64,000 nt of DNA from Gemmatimonadales bacterium (lineage in GTDB: Bacteria; Gemmatimonadota; Gemmatimonadetes; Gemmatimonadales; GWC2-71-9). The notes below the pieces were generated by a model. It ran no database searches, was not told the DNA's origin, and was given only the letters and a program-made list of their open reading frames with translations. Positions 1 to 8,877 of the stretch are shown here, in pieces. A program made the position numbers and the translations under genes. The stretch's first letter is position 1, and each line of letters starts with the position of its first letter. Where the stretch lies: the NCBI GenBank assembly GCA_041390145.1, contig JAWKQM010000005.1:149901-213900 (forward strand). The letters run 5' to 3'.

Positions 1-483
1 ATCGAGCCGGGCATCGACGGCCTCATCCACATCTCCGACATGTCCTGGACCAAGCGCGTCCAGCACCCGTCCGAGGTCGTGAAGAAGGGCGACGCCGTCA
101 ACGTCGTCATCCTCAACATCGACGGCGAGAACAAGCGGATCTCCCTCGGCCTCAAGCAGGCGGAAGAGGATCCCTGGCTCAGCATCGGCGAGACCCTGCC
201 GGTGGGTCACGAGCTCCGCGGCCGTGCCGTGCGCCTGATGGACAAGGGTGTCGTCATCGACCTCGGCAACGACCTCGAGGCCTTCGCCCCGATGTCGCAG
301 CTCGGTGTCGCCAACATCGACAACCCGGGTGACGCCGTGAAGGAAGGCCAGCCGCTCGATGTGAAGGTCATCGAAGTGGATCCGATCCATCACCGCATCG
401 TGGTGGCGGTCATCGGGTACCCCGACGAGCCGATCATCCCGCCGGTCAAGCCCGACTTCGACGAGTCCCCCGCGGACGAGTAG
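1..483 (+). CDS. rpsA: 30S ribosomal protein S1, C-terminal part (5' end lies outside the window)
   Basis: Frame 1 is open from base 1. The translation IEPGIDGLIHISDMSW...GDAVNVVILNIDGENKRISLGLKQ plus a second OB repeat (GRAVRLMDKGVVIDLG) matches S1-domain repeats. Stop at 481-483. Confidence 0.85.
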   Translation: MEPGIDGLIHISDMSWTKRVQHPSEVVKKGDAVNVVILNIDGENKRISLGLKQAEEDPWLSIGETLPVGHELRGRAVRLMDKGVVIDLGNDLEAFAPMSQLGVANIDNPGDAVKEGQPLDVKVIEVDPIHHRIVVAVIGYPDEPIIPPVKPDFDESPADE

Positions 484-510
484 GCGGCACCTGGGGTCGG
501 CAAGAGACGA

Positions 511-614
511 GGGAGGGTCGGAGGGGAGGGAGGGTCGGAAAGGCGCGAAAGGGTGGTGGTTCGACCATCCTTCAGCTTCTCTCCGACCCTCCCGCCGTTT
601 TCCGACCCTCCCTC
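511..614. repeat. Long imperfect palindrome: two copies of GGGAGGGTCGGA (511-540) face two copies of TCCGACCCTCCC (582-614)
   Basis: Read directly. Left arm is gggagggtcgga / ggggagggagggtcggaa. Right arm is tccgaccctccc ... tccgaccctccctc, the reverse complement. The loop is about 40 nt. It lies just 3' of the rpsA stop. Confidence 0.8.
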
Positions 615-633
615 GTTTCCATTGCTGTGGTTC

Positions 634-665
634 GCTGCCCCGCTGCCCCGCTTCCCCGCTTCCCC
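634..665. repeat. Tandem octamer array GCTGCCCC GCTGCCCC GCTTCCCC GCTTCCCC (4 copies)
   Basis: Four head-to-tail 8-mers read directly at 634-665, 22 nt upstream of the pccB-like ATG at 688. Confidence 0.9.
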
Positions 666-687
666 GCGTGACCGTACATTCCCTCGC

Positions 688-2241
688 ATGACCGACTCCC
701 GGAAGCGCCTCGACGAACTCCACCGCCGCCAGGCCGAGGCGGAGCAGGGTGGTGGTGCCCGCCGCATTGCCCAGCAGCACAAGAAGGGCAAGCTCACCGC
801 CCGCGAGCGGCTCGACCTCCTCCTCGACGAGGGGAGCTTTGTCGAGATCGACCGGTTCGTGACCCACCGCGCCACCGATTTCGGACTGGCCGACGAGATC
901 TACCTCGGTGACGGGGTCGTGACCGGCTCCGGGCGCATCGACGGACGGCTGGTCTACGTGTTCAGCCAGGACTTCACGGTGTTCGGTGGGTCGCTCTCCG
1001 AGACGCACGCCGCGAAGATCTGCAAGATCATGGACCTCGCCGTCCGGAACGGCGCGCCGATGATCGGGCTCAACGACTCGGGTGGTGCGCGCATCCAGGA
1101 GGGGGTCGTTTCCCTGGGGGGCTATGCCGACATCTTCCTCCGAAACACCCTCGCCTCCGGTGTCGTCCCCCAGATCTCCGCCATCCTGGGCCCCTGCGCC
1201 GGCGGCGCGGTGTACAGCCCCGCCATCACCGACTTCGTCCACATGGTCCGGGGCGTCAGCTACATGTTCGTCACCGGCCCCAACGTGGTGAAGACGGTCA
1301 CCCACGAGGACGTCTCGTTCGAGCAGCTCGGTGGCGCCGACATCCACGCCGGCACCTCGGGCGTGGCGCATTTCGTCCACGATTCCGAACCGCAGTGCCT
1401 GGCCGCCATCCGCGAGCTGATCGGGTTCCTCCCCAGCAACAACCTCGACCCGGCGCCGGTGCTGCCGACCACCGACCCCGAGGACCGGCGCGACGAGGCG
1501 CTCCTCGATGTCATCCCCGCCAACGCGACGCAGCCCTACGACATGCGCGACGTGATCCGGCGGGTGGTGGACGATACGATCTTCCACGAGGTGCACGGCG
1601 AATATGCCGGGAACCTGCTGGTGGGGTTCGCCCGACTCGGCGGAGAATCGGTGGGCATCGTCGCCAACCAGCCCGCCATGCTCGCCGGCGTGCTCGACAT
1701 CAACGCCTCGGTCAAGGGTGCCCGGTTCATCCGGTTCTGTGACGCCTTCAACATCCCACTCGTCACCTTTGAAGACGTCCCCGGCTTCCTGCCCGGGGTG
1801 GCCCAGGAGCACGGCGGAATCATCAAGCACGGCGCCAAGCTCCTCTACGCCTATTGCGAGGCGACGGTCCCCAAGCTGACCGTCATCACGCGAAAGGCCT
1901 ACGGGGGGGCCTACGACGTGATGAGTTCGAAGCACATCCGGGGCGACCTCAACCTCGCCTGGCCCACCGCGGAAATCGCGGTGATGGGGCCGAAGGGGGC
2001 GGTGGAGATCCTCTTCAAGGAACAGATTGCCAAGGCGGCTGATCCCGCCGCCGAGACGGCCCGCCTGATCGAGGAATACACCGAGAAGTTCGCCAACCCC
2101 TGGGGGGCGGCCGCCCGGGGCTACGTGGACGACGTGATCGACCCCCGGGATACGCGGCCGCGGCTGATCGACGGTCTGCGGGCCCTCCGGACCAAGCGGG
2201 ACCGGAATCCGGCGAAGAAGCACGGGTGTATCCCGCTCTGA
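688..2241 (+). CDS. pccB: Acyl-CoA (propionyl/methylmalonyl-CoA type) carboxylase, carboxyltransferase beta subunit
   Basis: [15 protein letters not shown]...[22 protein letters not shown]...[13 protein letters not shown]...[15 protein letters not shown]...AYGGAYDVM is typical of the PccB/MmdA carboxyltransferase family. The ORF-track start at 553 reads through the intergenic repeats, so the ATG at 688 is preferred. Confidence 0.9.
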   Translation: MTDSRKRLDELHRRQAEAEQGGGARRIAQQHKKGKLTARERLDLLLDEGSFVEIDRFVTHRATDFGLADEIYLGDGVVTGSGRIDGRLVYVFSQDFTVFGGSLSETHAAKICKIMDLAVRNGAPMIGLNDSGGARIQEGVVSLGGYADIFLRNTLASGVVPQISAILGPCAGGAVYSPAITDFVHMVRGVSYMFVTGPNVVKTVTHEDVSFEQLGGADIHAGTSGVAHFVHDSEPQCLAAIRELIGFLPSNNLDPAPVLPTTDPEDRRDEALLDVIPANATQPYDMRDVIRRVVDDTIFHEVHGEYAGNLLVGFARLGGESVGIVANQPAMLAGVLDINASVKGARFIRFCDAFNIPLVTFEDVPGFLPGVAQEHGGIIKHGAKLLYAYCEATVPKLTVITRKAYGGAYDVMSSKHIRGDLNLAWPTAEIAVMGPKGAVEILFKEQIAKAADPAAETARLIEEYTEKFANPWGAAARGYVDDVIDPRDTRPRLIDGLRALRTKRDRNPAKKHGCIPL

Positions 2242-2244
2242 CGA

Positions 2245-2406
2245 GCGGGGGCGGGGCAGCGGGGCAGGGAGGCAGTGGCGAGGATGCTCGTCATCCCGGC
2301 GAAAGCCGGGATCCATGTTATGGGACGGACAATGGACCCCGGCCTTCGCCGGGGTGACGTCGGGGTTGGGGCCGTCACGGCCCCGCTGCCCCGCAGCCCC
2401 GCCCCA
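2245..2406. repeat. Composite nested palindromic element: outer G-rich and C-rich octamer arms, inner inverted pair of GC stem-loops
   Basis: 2247-2275 (gggggcggggcagcggggcagggaggcag) is nearly complementary to 2381-2405 (ccccgctgccccgcagccccgcccc). Inside, cgtcatCCCGGCgaaaGCCGGGatcca (2289-2315) and its inverted copy tggaCCCCGGCcttcGCCGGGGtgacg (2333-2359) each fold into a hairpin. Confidence 0.85.
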
Positions 2407-2478
2407 CAAGGTGCCTCTGGCGAAACTCCGTACAGCGTCCCATCTTAGAGGCCTACCCCCGAACCACGATCTGGACAG

Positions 2479-3477
2479 GTGGCTGGCATGGTACGAGTGA
2501 TCCAACCCGAGCTGCGATCCCTGCTGGCGCTGACCCTCCTGGTGTCAGCGGCAACCGGGCCTGTGGTGGCGCAAGGGTCGCTCAACCCCACCGTGGCGCC
2601 GCGTGCCGCCGAGCTGGCCCGGAACGGGCAGCGGGGCATCGGCACCGAGATGCTCAGCCAGTACCTCGCCACCTCGCCCGACGACGGGTCGGCCTGGATT
2701 CAGCTCGGCCGGTTCTACCTCCTCGACATTCGCGATTGGCACCTCACTGGCCATCCGGCCGACTCTCCCGGGCCGCTGTACATCGACTTCGGATCCGCCG
2801 CCCTGGATCAGGCCGTCCGACTGCGCGGGGACTCCGGCGTCATCCTCCGACAGATGCTGGAGGTGGAGCGGGCGCTCGAGGCCGTCGAAGAGCAGGGCTA
2901 TCCGGTCCTCACGCACTGGGTGGTGCCACCGGATGTGGCCCCGTTGCCGGACTACATCACGGAACTCGGCGCGAATCTTCTGAGCAGCTGCCCGGCGTCG
3001 GGTGTCATGGCGACGGGCAGCGACCTGGAGACCGTCGCCATCTTCTCGGTGGTGGCCACCGCCGGCCAGGCCGCCAGCGTGGTGATCGTCGTGCCGTCGT
3101 ACTACGCCACCGATGCGCGGTATCGCAACCGGATCGCCTCGGCGCTCGGCACCGACTCCGCCTGGTCGGTTCAGCAGGCCCTGGCCAGCGTTGCCCAGCG
3201 TCGGCCGGTGTGCCTGACGCCCATGGCTGATCGCACCCTGCTCGCCCTCCCCAAGCTCCGGCCGATGCGGTTCGTGCTCGTTTCGGGCCCCGGCACGACC
3301 ACCAGCGACCGGGTGGTGACGGTCACTGATCTGGCCCGTGCCGACCGTCAGGGCAATTCCGCCTGGCTCCGCGAAGTCCACGCCGTGTATACCGCCGCCG
3401 CCGGATTCAATCCGCGCCTCTGCGACGGCCCGCTGGCCCTCCTGGGAGACACACAGATCGCCGCCTGCCGCCGCTAG
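2479..3477 (+). CDS. Hypothetical secreted protein (N-terminal signal-like segment, possible TPR-like helix pair)
   Basis: 332-aa ORF with a hydrophobic leader LLALTLLVSAATGPVVAQG. I recognise no family. It sits between the carboxyltransferase and biotin carboxylase genes. The start could be the ATG at 2488. Confidence 0.55.
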   Translation: MAGMVRVIQPELRSLLALTLLVSAATGPVVAQGSLNPTVAPRAAELARNGQRGIGTEMLSQYLATSPDDGSAWIQLGRFYLLDIRDWHLTGHPADSPGPLYIDFGSAALDQAVRLRGDSGVILRQMLEVERALEAVEEQGYPVLTHWVVPPDVAPLPDYITELGANLLSSCPASGVMATGSDLETVAIFSVVATAGQAASVVIVVPSYYATDARYRNRIASALGTDSAWSVQQALASVAQRRPVCLTPMADRTLLALPKLRPMRFVLVSGPGTTTSDRVVTVTDLARADRQGNSAWLREVHAVYTAAAGFNPRLCDGPLALLGDTQIAACRR

Positions 3478-3517
3478 GCGCCCGCCTCAGCGACCCGCCG
3501 TCCGCCATCCCACGCCC

Positions 3518-5020
3518 ATGACCCCCATCACTCGAGTCCTTGTCGCGAACCGCGGCGAAATCGCGTTGCGCATCATCCGCGCGTGCCACGAGGAAGGTCT
3601 CGAGGCGGTCGCCGTCTACTCCGCAGCCGATCGCCTCAGCCCGCATGTGCGCGCTTCCGACCTGGCGGTCGAGATCGGGCCGGCCGCGCCGTCGGAGAGC
3701 TACCTCCGGATTGACCGGTTGCTGGAAGTCGCCCGCGAGACGGGGGCGCAGGCAGTGCACCCCGGGTACGGGTTCCTCGCCGAGCGCGCCGCCTTTGCCG
3801 AAGCGGTGGAGCAGGCCGGCCTGGTGTTCATCGGGCCGCCCTCCACCGCCATCCGCGCCATGGGCGACAAGACGGAGGCGCGGCGCCGCATGCGCGCGGC
3901 CGGGGTGCCGGTGGTGCCGGGCGCCGACGCGCCGATCACCGAACTCGCGCCCGCCCTCGCGCTGGCGAGCCAGATGGGCTATCCGGTCATGGTCAAGGCG
4001 GCCGCCGGCGGCGGCGGGAAGGGGATGCGCGTCGTCCGCGCCGCCGAAGAACTCGAGGGCGCGCTGGCCACCGCCGCGTCGGAGGCGCTCAAGGCCTTCG
4101 GCGACGCGGGGGTCTACATCGAGAAGTTCATCGAGCGGCCGCGGCACGTGGAAATCCAGGTGCTCGCCGATGCGACGCGCACCGTGCACCTCGGCGAGCG
4201 GGAATGTTCCGTCCAGCGGCGCCACCAGAAGGTGCTCGAGGAGGCGCCGTCGGTGGCAGTCGATGCGGAGCTGCGTGAGCGGATGGGAGCCGCCGCGGTG
4301 GCCGCGGCGACCGCGGTGGGGTACCGGAGCGCGGGAACCTGCGAGTTCCTGCTCGCCGCCGACGGGTCGTTCTACTTCCTGGAGATGAACACCCGCATCC
4401 AGGTGGAGCATCCGGTCACCGAACTGGTGTACGGCATCGACCTGGTGCGGCAGCAGCTGCGCATCGCGCGCGGACTGCCGATGCAGGTGCCGGACGGCCC
4501 CCGCCATCCCAACGGGTGGGCGGTGGAATGCCGGATCACGAGCGAGGACCCCGGCAACGGATGGATGCCCTCGACCGGCCGGGTCGAGTTCCTTCGCGTG
4601 CCGTCGGGCCCCGGGGTGCGGTGGGACAGCGGTGTCGAGATCGGCAACGAGGTCACGCTCTACTACGACTCGATGGTGGCCAAGCTCATCGTCTGGGGCC
4701 GTGACAGGGAGAACGCGCTCCGCCGGATGGTGCGCGCGCTCGATGAACTGGTTGTCGTGGGCATCGCCACGAACCAGGGATTCCAGCGGCGGCTCGTGAC
4801 CGACCCCGCCTTCGTTGCCGGCGACATCGACATTCAGTTCCTCGATCGACGACCAGACCTGGCAGAGGCGCCCCCCAGCGCGGCCCTGACCCGCGCGGCC
4901 GCCATCGCCGCCGCGCTGGCCGAGGACGCCGCCCGCCATGCCCGGAAGCCGGCGATTGCCGAGTCGGGCGCCGCGCGCACCGCCTGGCTCGCGGCCGCGC
5001 GCGCTGAGGGGCTCCGCTGA
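3518..5020 (+). CDS. accC: Biotin carboxylase (ATP-grasp) subunit of an acyl-CoA carboxylase
   Basis: MTPITRVLVANRGEIALRIIRA...HPGYGFLAE...MVKAAAGGGGKGMRVV...EMNTRIQVEHPVTE are hallmark biotin-carboxylase motifs. ATG at 3518 is in frame with the longer ORF-track call. Confidence 0.92.
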   Translation: MTPITRVLVANRGEIALRIIRACHEEGLEAVAVYSAADRLSPHVRASDLAVEIGPAAPSESYLRIDRLLEVARETGAQAVHPGYGFLAERAAFAEAVEQAGLVFIGPPSTAIRAMGDKTEARRRMRAAGVPVVPGADAPITELAPALALASQMGYPVMVKAAAGGGGKGMRVVRAAEELEGALATAASEALKAFGDAGVYIEKFIERPRHVEIQVLADATRTVHLGERECSVQRRHQKVLEEAPSVAVDAELRERMGAAAVAAATAVGYRSAGTCEFLLAADGSFYFLEMNTRIQVEHPVTELVYGIDLVRQQLRIARGLPMQVPDGPRHPNGWAVECRITSEDPGNGWMPSTGRVEFLRVPSGPGVRWDSGVEIGNEVTLYYDSMVAKLIVWGRDRENALRRMVRALDELVVVGIATNQGFQRRLVTDPAFVAGDIDIQFLDRRPDLAEAPPSAALTRAAAIAAALAEDAARHARKPAIAESGAARTAWLAAARAEGLR

Positions 5021-6282
5021 CCGCCGAGGCCGCCGCACCCGTCAGGATTCTCCGGATCGCCTCCGGGGGCGACGGCGTCGGGAAGCTGGACGATGGACGA
5101 ACGGTCTTCGTGCCGCGGACGGCGGCCGGCGACCTCGTCACCCTGAAGCGGGTCAAGGTTGCCAAGACCTTCGCACGCGCCGAGGTGGACGTCGTTGTGG
5201 AGCCGTCGCCCGATCGGATCGAACCGGGCTGCCCGCACTATGTGCGGGACCAGTGTGGTGGTTGCCAGCTGCAGCATCTCGCGCTCCCCGCACAGCTGGC
5301 GGCGAAGCGCTCAATCGTGGGGGAAACACTCCGCCGCATCGGGAAGCTGGAGGTGGAGGATCCCGAGATCGAGCCGGCCGCCGCCGTCTGGGGCTATCGG
5401 AACAAGGTGACGCTGACCGTCTCCGACGCCGGTCGGCGGATCGGATTCCACCGGCAGGGGCGCGCGGGAGAAGTCTTCGACCTCGAGCGGTGCCTCATCG
5501 CCGATCCCGCGCTGATGGAGCTCTGGACCACCGTGCGGGAGCATCGCGCGCTCCTCCCCGAGCACGCCGAGCAGATCGTGCTTCGCCGGGACCGCGAGGG
5601 CGGACTCCACCTGATCGCGAAGGTCAGCGGGCAGACGGTGTGGCGCTCGGCGGCGCTCCTCCACGTGGCGCTGGTGCGCCGGGGGGTGCCGGCGGTGCTC
5701 TGGTGGGTGCCGGAAGAGGGAGCGCCACGGGCGGTCGCCGGCGCCGCGGAGCCATATCCCGCGGCCGTCTTCGAACAGGTGCACCCGGCCATGGGCGACC
5801 GGGTCCGGGCCTGGGCGCTCGAACAGCTGGGGCACTGGGAGGGGATGACCGCCTGGGACCTTTACGCCGGGGTGGGGGAGACCTCGGCCCTGCTGGTGGC
5901 TGGCGGCGCCACCGTCGAGAGCGTGGAGGTCGATGCGCGCGCGGTGGTCGAGGCAAACCGACGGGGACCGGACGAAGGGATTGAGCGGCACGCCGGGCGG
6001 GCGGAGGATATCGTGCCCCGGCTGCGGCCGGCGGGGCTGGTGGTCACCAACCCACCGAGGACCGGGATGGACGAACGGGTGACGGACGCGATCGCCGCGG
6101 CCCGCCCGAAGAAAATCGCCTACATCAGTTGCGACCCGGCCACCCTTGCACGGGACCTCGCACGATTGCTTCCCCGCGTCCCCGCTTCCCCGCCCATGCG
6201 CCTCGCCGCCCTGCGCGCCTTCGACCTCTTCCCACAGACGGCGCACGTCGAGACGGTGGCGATCCTGGAGAGTGACGGATGA
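5017..6282 (+). CDS. 23S rRNA (uracil-5-)-methyltransferase, RumA/RlmD family (TRAM + Fe-S Cys cluster + SAM MTase)
   Basis: [16 protein letters not shown], then [10 protein letters not shown] and VVTNPPRTG (SAM-MTase motifs), then [13 protein letters not shown]...[10 protein letters not shown]. The TRAM-like strand [25 protein letters not shown] is in frame upstream of the first canonical start (GTG 5110), so CTG 5017 is proposed as the start (see findings). Confidence 0.8.
   Translation: MTAEAAAPVRILRIASGGDGVGKLDDGRTVFVPRTAAGDLVTLKRVKVAKTFARAEVDVVVEPSPDRIEPGCPHYVRDQCGGCQLQHLALPAQLAAKRSIVGETLRRIGKLEVEDPEIEPAAAVWGYRNKVTLTVSDAGRRIGFHRQGRAGEVFDLERCLIADPALMELWTTVREHRALLPEHAEQIVLRRDREGGLHLIAKVSGQTVWRSAALLHVALVRRGVPAVLWWVPEEGAPRAVAGAAEPYPAAVFEQVHPAMGDRVRAWALEQLGHWEGMTAWDLYAGVGETSALLVAGGATVESVEVDARAVVEANRRGPDEGIERHAGRAEDIVPRLRPAGLVVTNPPRTGMDERVTDAIAAARPKKIAYISCDPATLARDLARLLPRVPASPPMRLAALRAFDLFPQTAHVETVAILESDG
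6168..6191. repeat. Three tandem octamers (GCTTCCCC GCGTCCCC GCTTCCCC) inside the methyltransferase CDS
   Basis: Read directly. 24 nt, in frame, encoding LPRVPASP between the conserved ATLARDL and [10 protein letters not shown] blocks. Confidence 0.85.
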
Positions 6283-6815
6283 AGTATTTCGTGTCGGTGG
6301 GGGGCGTGCAGGTGGAGGTGGCCGTCGAGCCCGACGGCATCCGGGTGGATGGCGAGCTGGTGGACGCGGCGCTGGAGCCACTCGCCGGCACGCCGCTCCA
6401 GCAGCTCCGGATGGGGGAGCGCACGCTGGTCTTTTCCATCGATCCCCGCGAGCGCGGGGAGTGGGAGCTTGGTTATCGTGGCGAGCGGTGGACGGCCTCG
6501 GTCGTGGACGAGCGTACCCGGCATATCCGGAGCCTCACCGGCGAGGGTCGGCAGCGGGTGGGGGCAGGGGAGGTCAAGGCGCCGATGCCGGGGTTGGTGC
6601 TCCGGGTCCTGGTGGAGCCGGGGCAGCGGGTGGAGGCGGGGGCGGGGCTGGCGGTCCTGGAGGCCATGAAGATGGAGAACCAGATCAAGGCCCCCGCGGC
6701 CGGGGTGGTCGAGGCGGTCCGGGTCGAGGCCGGGAAGGCGGTCGAGAAGGGGCAGGTGCTGGTGGTACTGGCCGCCCCGCCAGCGCCCGGCCCGGCCGGG
6801 GATGGGGTGGCTTGA
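6279..6815 (+). CDS. Biotin carboxyl carrier / biotinyl-domain protein with an N-terminal extension
   Basis: C-terminal biotinyl domain with VKAPMPG...[16 protein letters not shown]...G (the AMKM biotinylation motif). Its start overlaps the upstream stop (ATGA). Confidence 0.85.
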   Translation: MKYFVSVGGVQVEVAVEPDGIRVDGELVDAALEPLAGTPLQQLRMGERTLVFSIDPRERGEWELGYRGERWTASVVDERTRHIRSLTGEGRQRVGAGEVKAPMPGLVLRVLVEPGQRVEAGAGLAVLEAMKMENQIKAPAAGVVEAVRVEAGKAVEKGQVLVVLAAPPAPGPAGDGVA

Positions 6816-6884
6816 CCAGAGCCGATATTCCCGGCTATCTTACGGGTCTGTGTCGATTTACCCGTTTTCAGGGAACTGGCAGGA

Positions 6885-7349
6885 ATGACAATGAAGACCT
6901 TTAGCGCGACGCCGAGCGACATCCACCACGAGTGGCTGATCGTTGACGCCCAGGACGTGCCGCTCGGCCGGTTGGCCAGCACGGTGGCGCAGCTCATCCG
7001 GGGCAAGCACAAGCCGACGTACACGCCGCACATGGATGTCGGCGACTTCGTCATCGTCATCAACGCCGAGAAGGTCCGCCTGACGGGCAAGAAGCTCGAC
7101 GGCAAGACCTACTTCAAGTACACCGGGTACATGGGCCACGAAACCCACACGACCGCCCGGAACCTGATGGCCAAGCACCCTGACCGGGTCATTGAGAAGG
7201 CCGTCTTCGGCATGCTGCCGAAGACCTCGCTCGCCAAGCAGCACCTGCGCGGCAAGCTCAAGGTGTACGCCGGCGCGGAGCACCCGCACGCGGCGCAGCA
7301 GCCCAAGCCCTTTACGATTCAGTCCAGCACCCAGAAGGTGAGCGCATGA
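6885..7349 (+). CDS. rplM: 50S ribosomal protein L13
   Basis: MKTFSATPSDIHHEWLIVDAQDVPLGRLAS..IRGKHKPTYTPHMDVGDFVIVINAEK is the canonical L13 sequence. Confidence 0.95.
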   Translation: MTMKTFSATPSDIHHEWLIVDAQDVPLGRLASTVAQLIRGKHKPTYTPHMDVGDFVIVINAEKVRLTGKKLDGKTYFKYTGYMGHETHTTARNLMAKHPDRVIEKAVFGMLPKTSLAKQHLRGKLKVYAGAEHPHAAQQPKPFTIQSSTQKVSA

Positions 7350-7747
7350 CGGCTTCTCCCGAATTCCGGTGGCAGGCAGTGGGTCGCCGCAAGACCAGCG
7401 TCGCCCGCGTGTACCTGACGCCCGGCACTGGCAAGTGGGACATCAACGGCCGCACGCTCGGCGACTACTTCCCCCGGCCCTCGCTGGTGCAGCACATCCA
7501 GCAGTCGTTCACGGCCACGGACACCCTCGGCGCCTTTGACGTTCGCGCCCATGTGGACGGTGGCGGGCAGGCGGGCCAGGCAGGCGCGCTTCGGCACGGC
7601 ATCGCGCGGGCGCTGGTGGAGGCCGACGGTCTGCACCGGGCCAAGCTGCGGGCCGCCGGGCTCCTGACGCGCGACCCGCGCGCCGTGGAGCGGAAGAAGC
7701 CAGGCCGTCCGGGCGCCCGGAAGCGGTTCCAGTTCAGCAAGCGGTAG
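7346..7747 (+). CDS. rpsI: 30S ribosomal protein S9
   Basis: GRRKTSVARVYL..G.G...ING...YF and the C-terminal RKKPGRPGARKRFQFSKR are canonical S9. Overlaps the rplM stop. Confidence 0.95.
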   Translation: MTASPEFRWQAVGRRKTSVARVYLTPGTGKWDINGRTLGDYFPRPSLVQHIQQSFTATDTLGAFDVRAHVDGGGQAGQAGALRHGIARALVEADGLHRAKLRAAGLLTRDPRAVERKKPGRPGARKRFQFSKR

Positions 7748-7875
7748 CAGCAGGCGGCCGACCGGCCGCCATCCTCCACATCGCCGGATTCCGACCCGGG
7801 TGCCCCCAGGGGTCAGGTTGGAAGACGAAGGCGGTGGTCGGACAACCCTCATAACTGAAGGATCGACGAACTCGC

Positions 7876-8781
7876 ATGGCACAGCCCGCACTGCAGGACC
7901 TGCTCGAAGCCGGCGTTCACTTCGGCCACCAGACCCGTCGGTGGAACCCGAAGATGCGCCGTTTCATCTTCGCCGAACGCTCCGGCATCTACATCATCGA
8001 CCTGCAGAAGACCCTCCGGCAGATCATCAAGGCCCAGGAGCTCCTCCGCACCGTCGTCCTCAAGGGCGACAGCGTCCTCTTCGTGTGCACCAAGCGGCAG
8101 CTCAAGGCCGTGGTGCAGGCCGAGGCGACCGAGAGCGGCGGGCACTACGTCACGGAGCGGTGGCTGGGCGGCATGCTCACCAACTTCCAGACGGTCAAGA
8201 AGCAGATCCGGCGGCTGAAGGACCTCGAGCAGGGGGCCTCGGACGGCGAGTTCGAGAGCTACACCAAGAAGGAAAAGCTGCTCTTCGAGCGGGAGCGCGT
8301 GAAGCTGTCGCGCAACCTCGAGGGCATCAAGAACATGGCCCGGCTGCCCGGCGCGCTCTTCGTGGTGGACGCCAAGAAGGAAAAGATTGCGGTCGCCGAG
8401 GCCAACAAGCTCGGGATCCCGGTGGTGGCCATCGTGGACACCAACGCCGACCCCGACGTGATCACCGTGCCGATCCCGGGCAACGACGACGCCATCCGCG
8501 CCGTCGCCCTGATCACGCATGCGCTGGCGGACACGATCGCCGAAGCCCGCGCCCAGATGCCGGCGCGTGACGCGGCCGACGCCGACGACGCCGAGACGTA
8601 CAGCACCGACTCCGGCACCGAAGGCGACGCCGACGCGGACCGAAAGAAGCGCCGGGCCCGCCGGAAGCGCCGGCCGAAGCCCGAGGCGATCGCCGCGCGG
8701 CTCAAGGGGGAGTCGGAGACGGCGGATTCGGGGGAGGCCGAGGCGGCTGCCCCGGCTGCCGCGGCAGAGTCGGACGCCTAG
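7876..8781 (+). CDS. rpsB: 30S ribosomal protein S2 with a charged C-terminal extension
   Basis: LLEAGVHFGHQTRRWNPKM..FIF..R.GIYIIDLQKT is canonical S2. About 70 extra C-terminal residues are rich in D/E/K/R/A. Confidence 0.95.
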   Translation: MAQPALQDLLEAGVHFGHQTRRWNPKMRRFIFAERSGIYIIDLQKTLRQIIKAQELLRTVVLKGDSVLFVCTKRQLKAVVQAEATESGGHYVTERWLGGMLTNFQTVKKQIRRLKDLEQGASDGEFESYTKKEKLLFERERVKLSRNLEGIKNMARLPGALFVVDAKKEKIAVAEANKLGIPVVAIVDTNADPDVITVPIPGNDDAIRAVALITHALADTIAEARAQMPARDAADADDAETYSTDSGTEGDADADRKKRRARRKRRPKPEAIAARLKGESETADSGEAEAAAPAAAAESDA

Positions 8782-8805
8782 TCCGGCCCCTGCGGGATCC
8801 TGCGT

Positions 8806-8845
8806 GCCGCCGCCCCCGGCCTCCAACCGGCCTGGGCGGCGGTTT
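8806..8845 (+). terminator. GC-rich hairpin followed by TTT between rpsB and tsf (attenuator/terminator-like)
   Basis: gccgccgcccccggcc ... ggcctgggcggcgg pair imperfectly and are followed by tttc. Confidence 0.4.
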
Positions 8846-8877
8846 CACTATCCAACACTACCTGTGAGTATTCAGCC

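Noticed and set aside
634-665. Octamer arrays as possible CRISPR or minisatellite arrays
   Set aside because: The units are 8 nt with no spacers, the arrays are only 24-32 nt long, and no cas genes are present. This is not CRISPR architecture.
2121-2378. 85-aa ORF containing 'IPAFAGMTS'
   Set aside because: The peptide is just the translation of the CCCGGC-GAAA-GCCGGG stem-loop repeat. The ORF spans the pccB stop and the intergenic palindromes.
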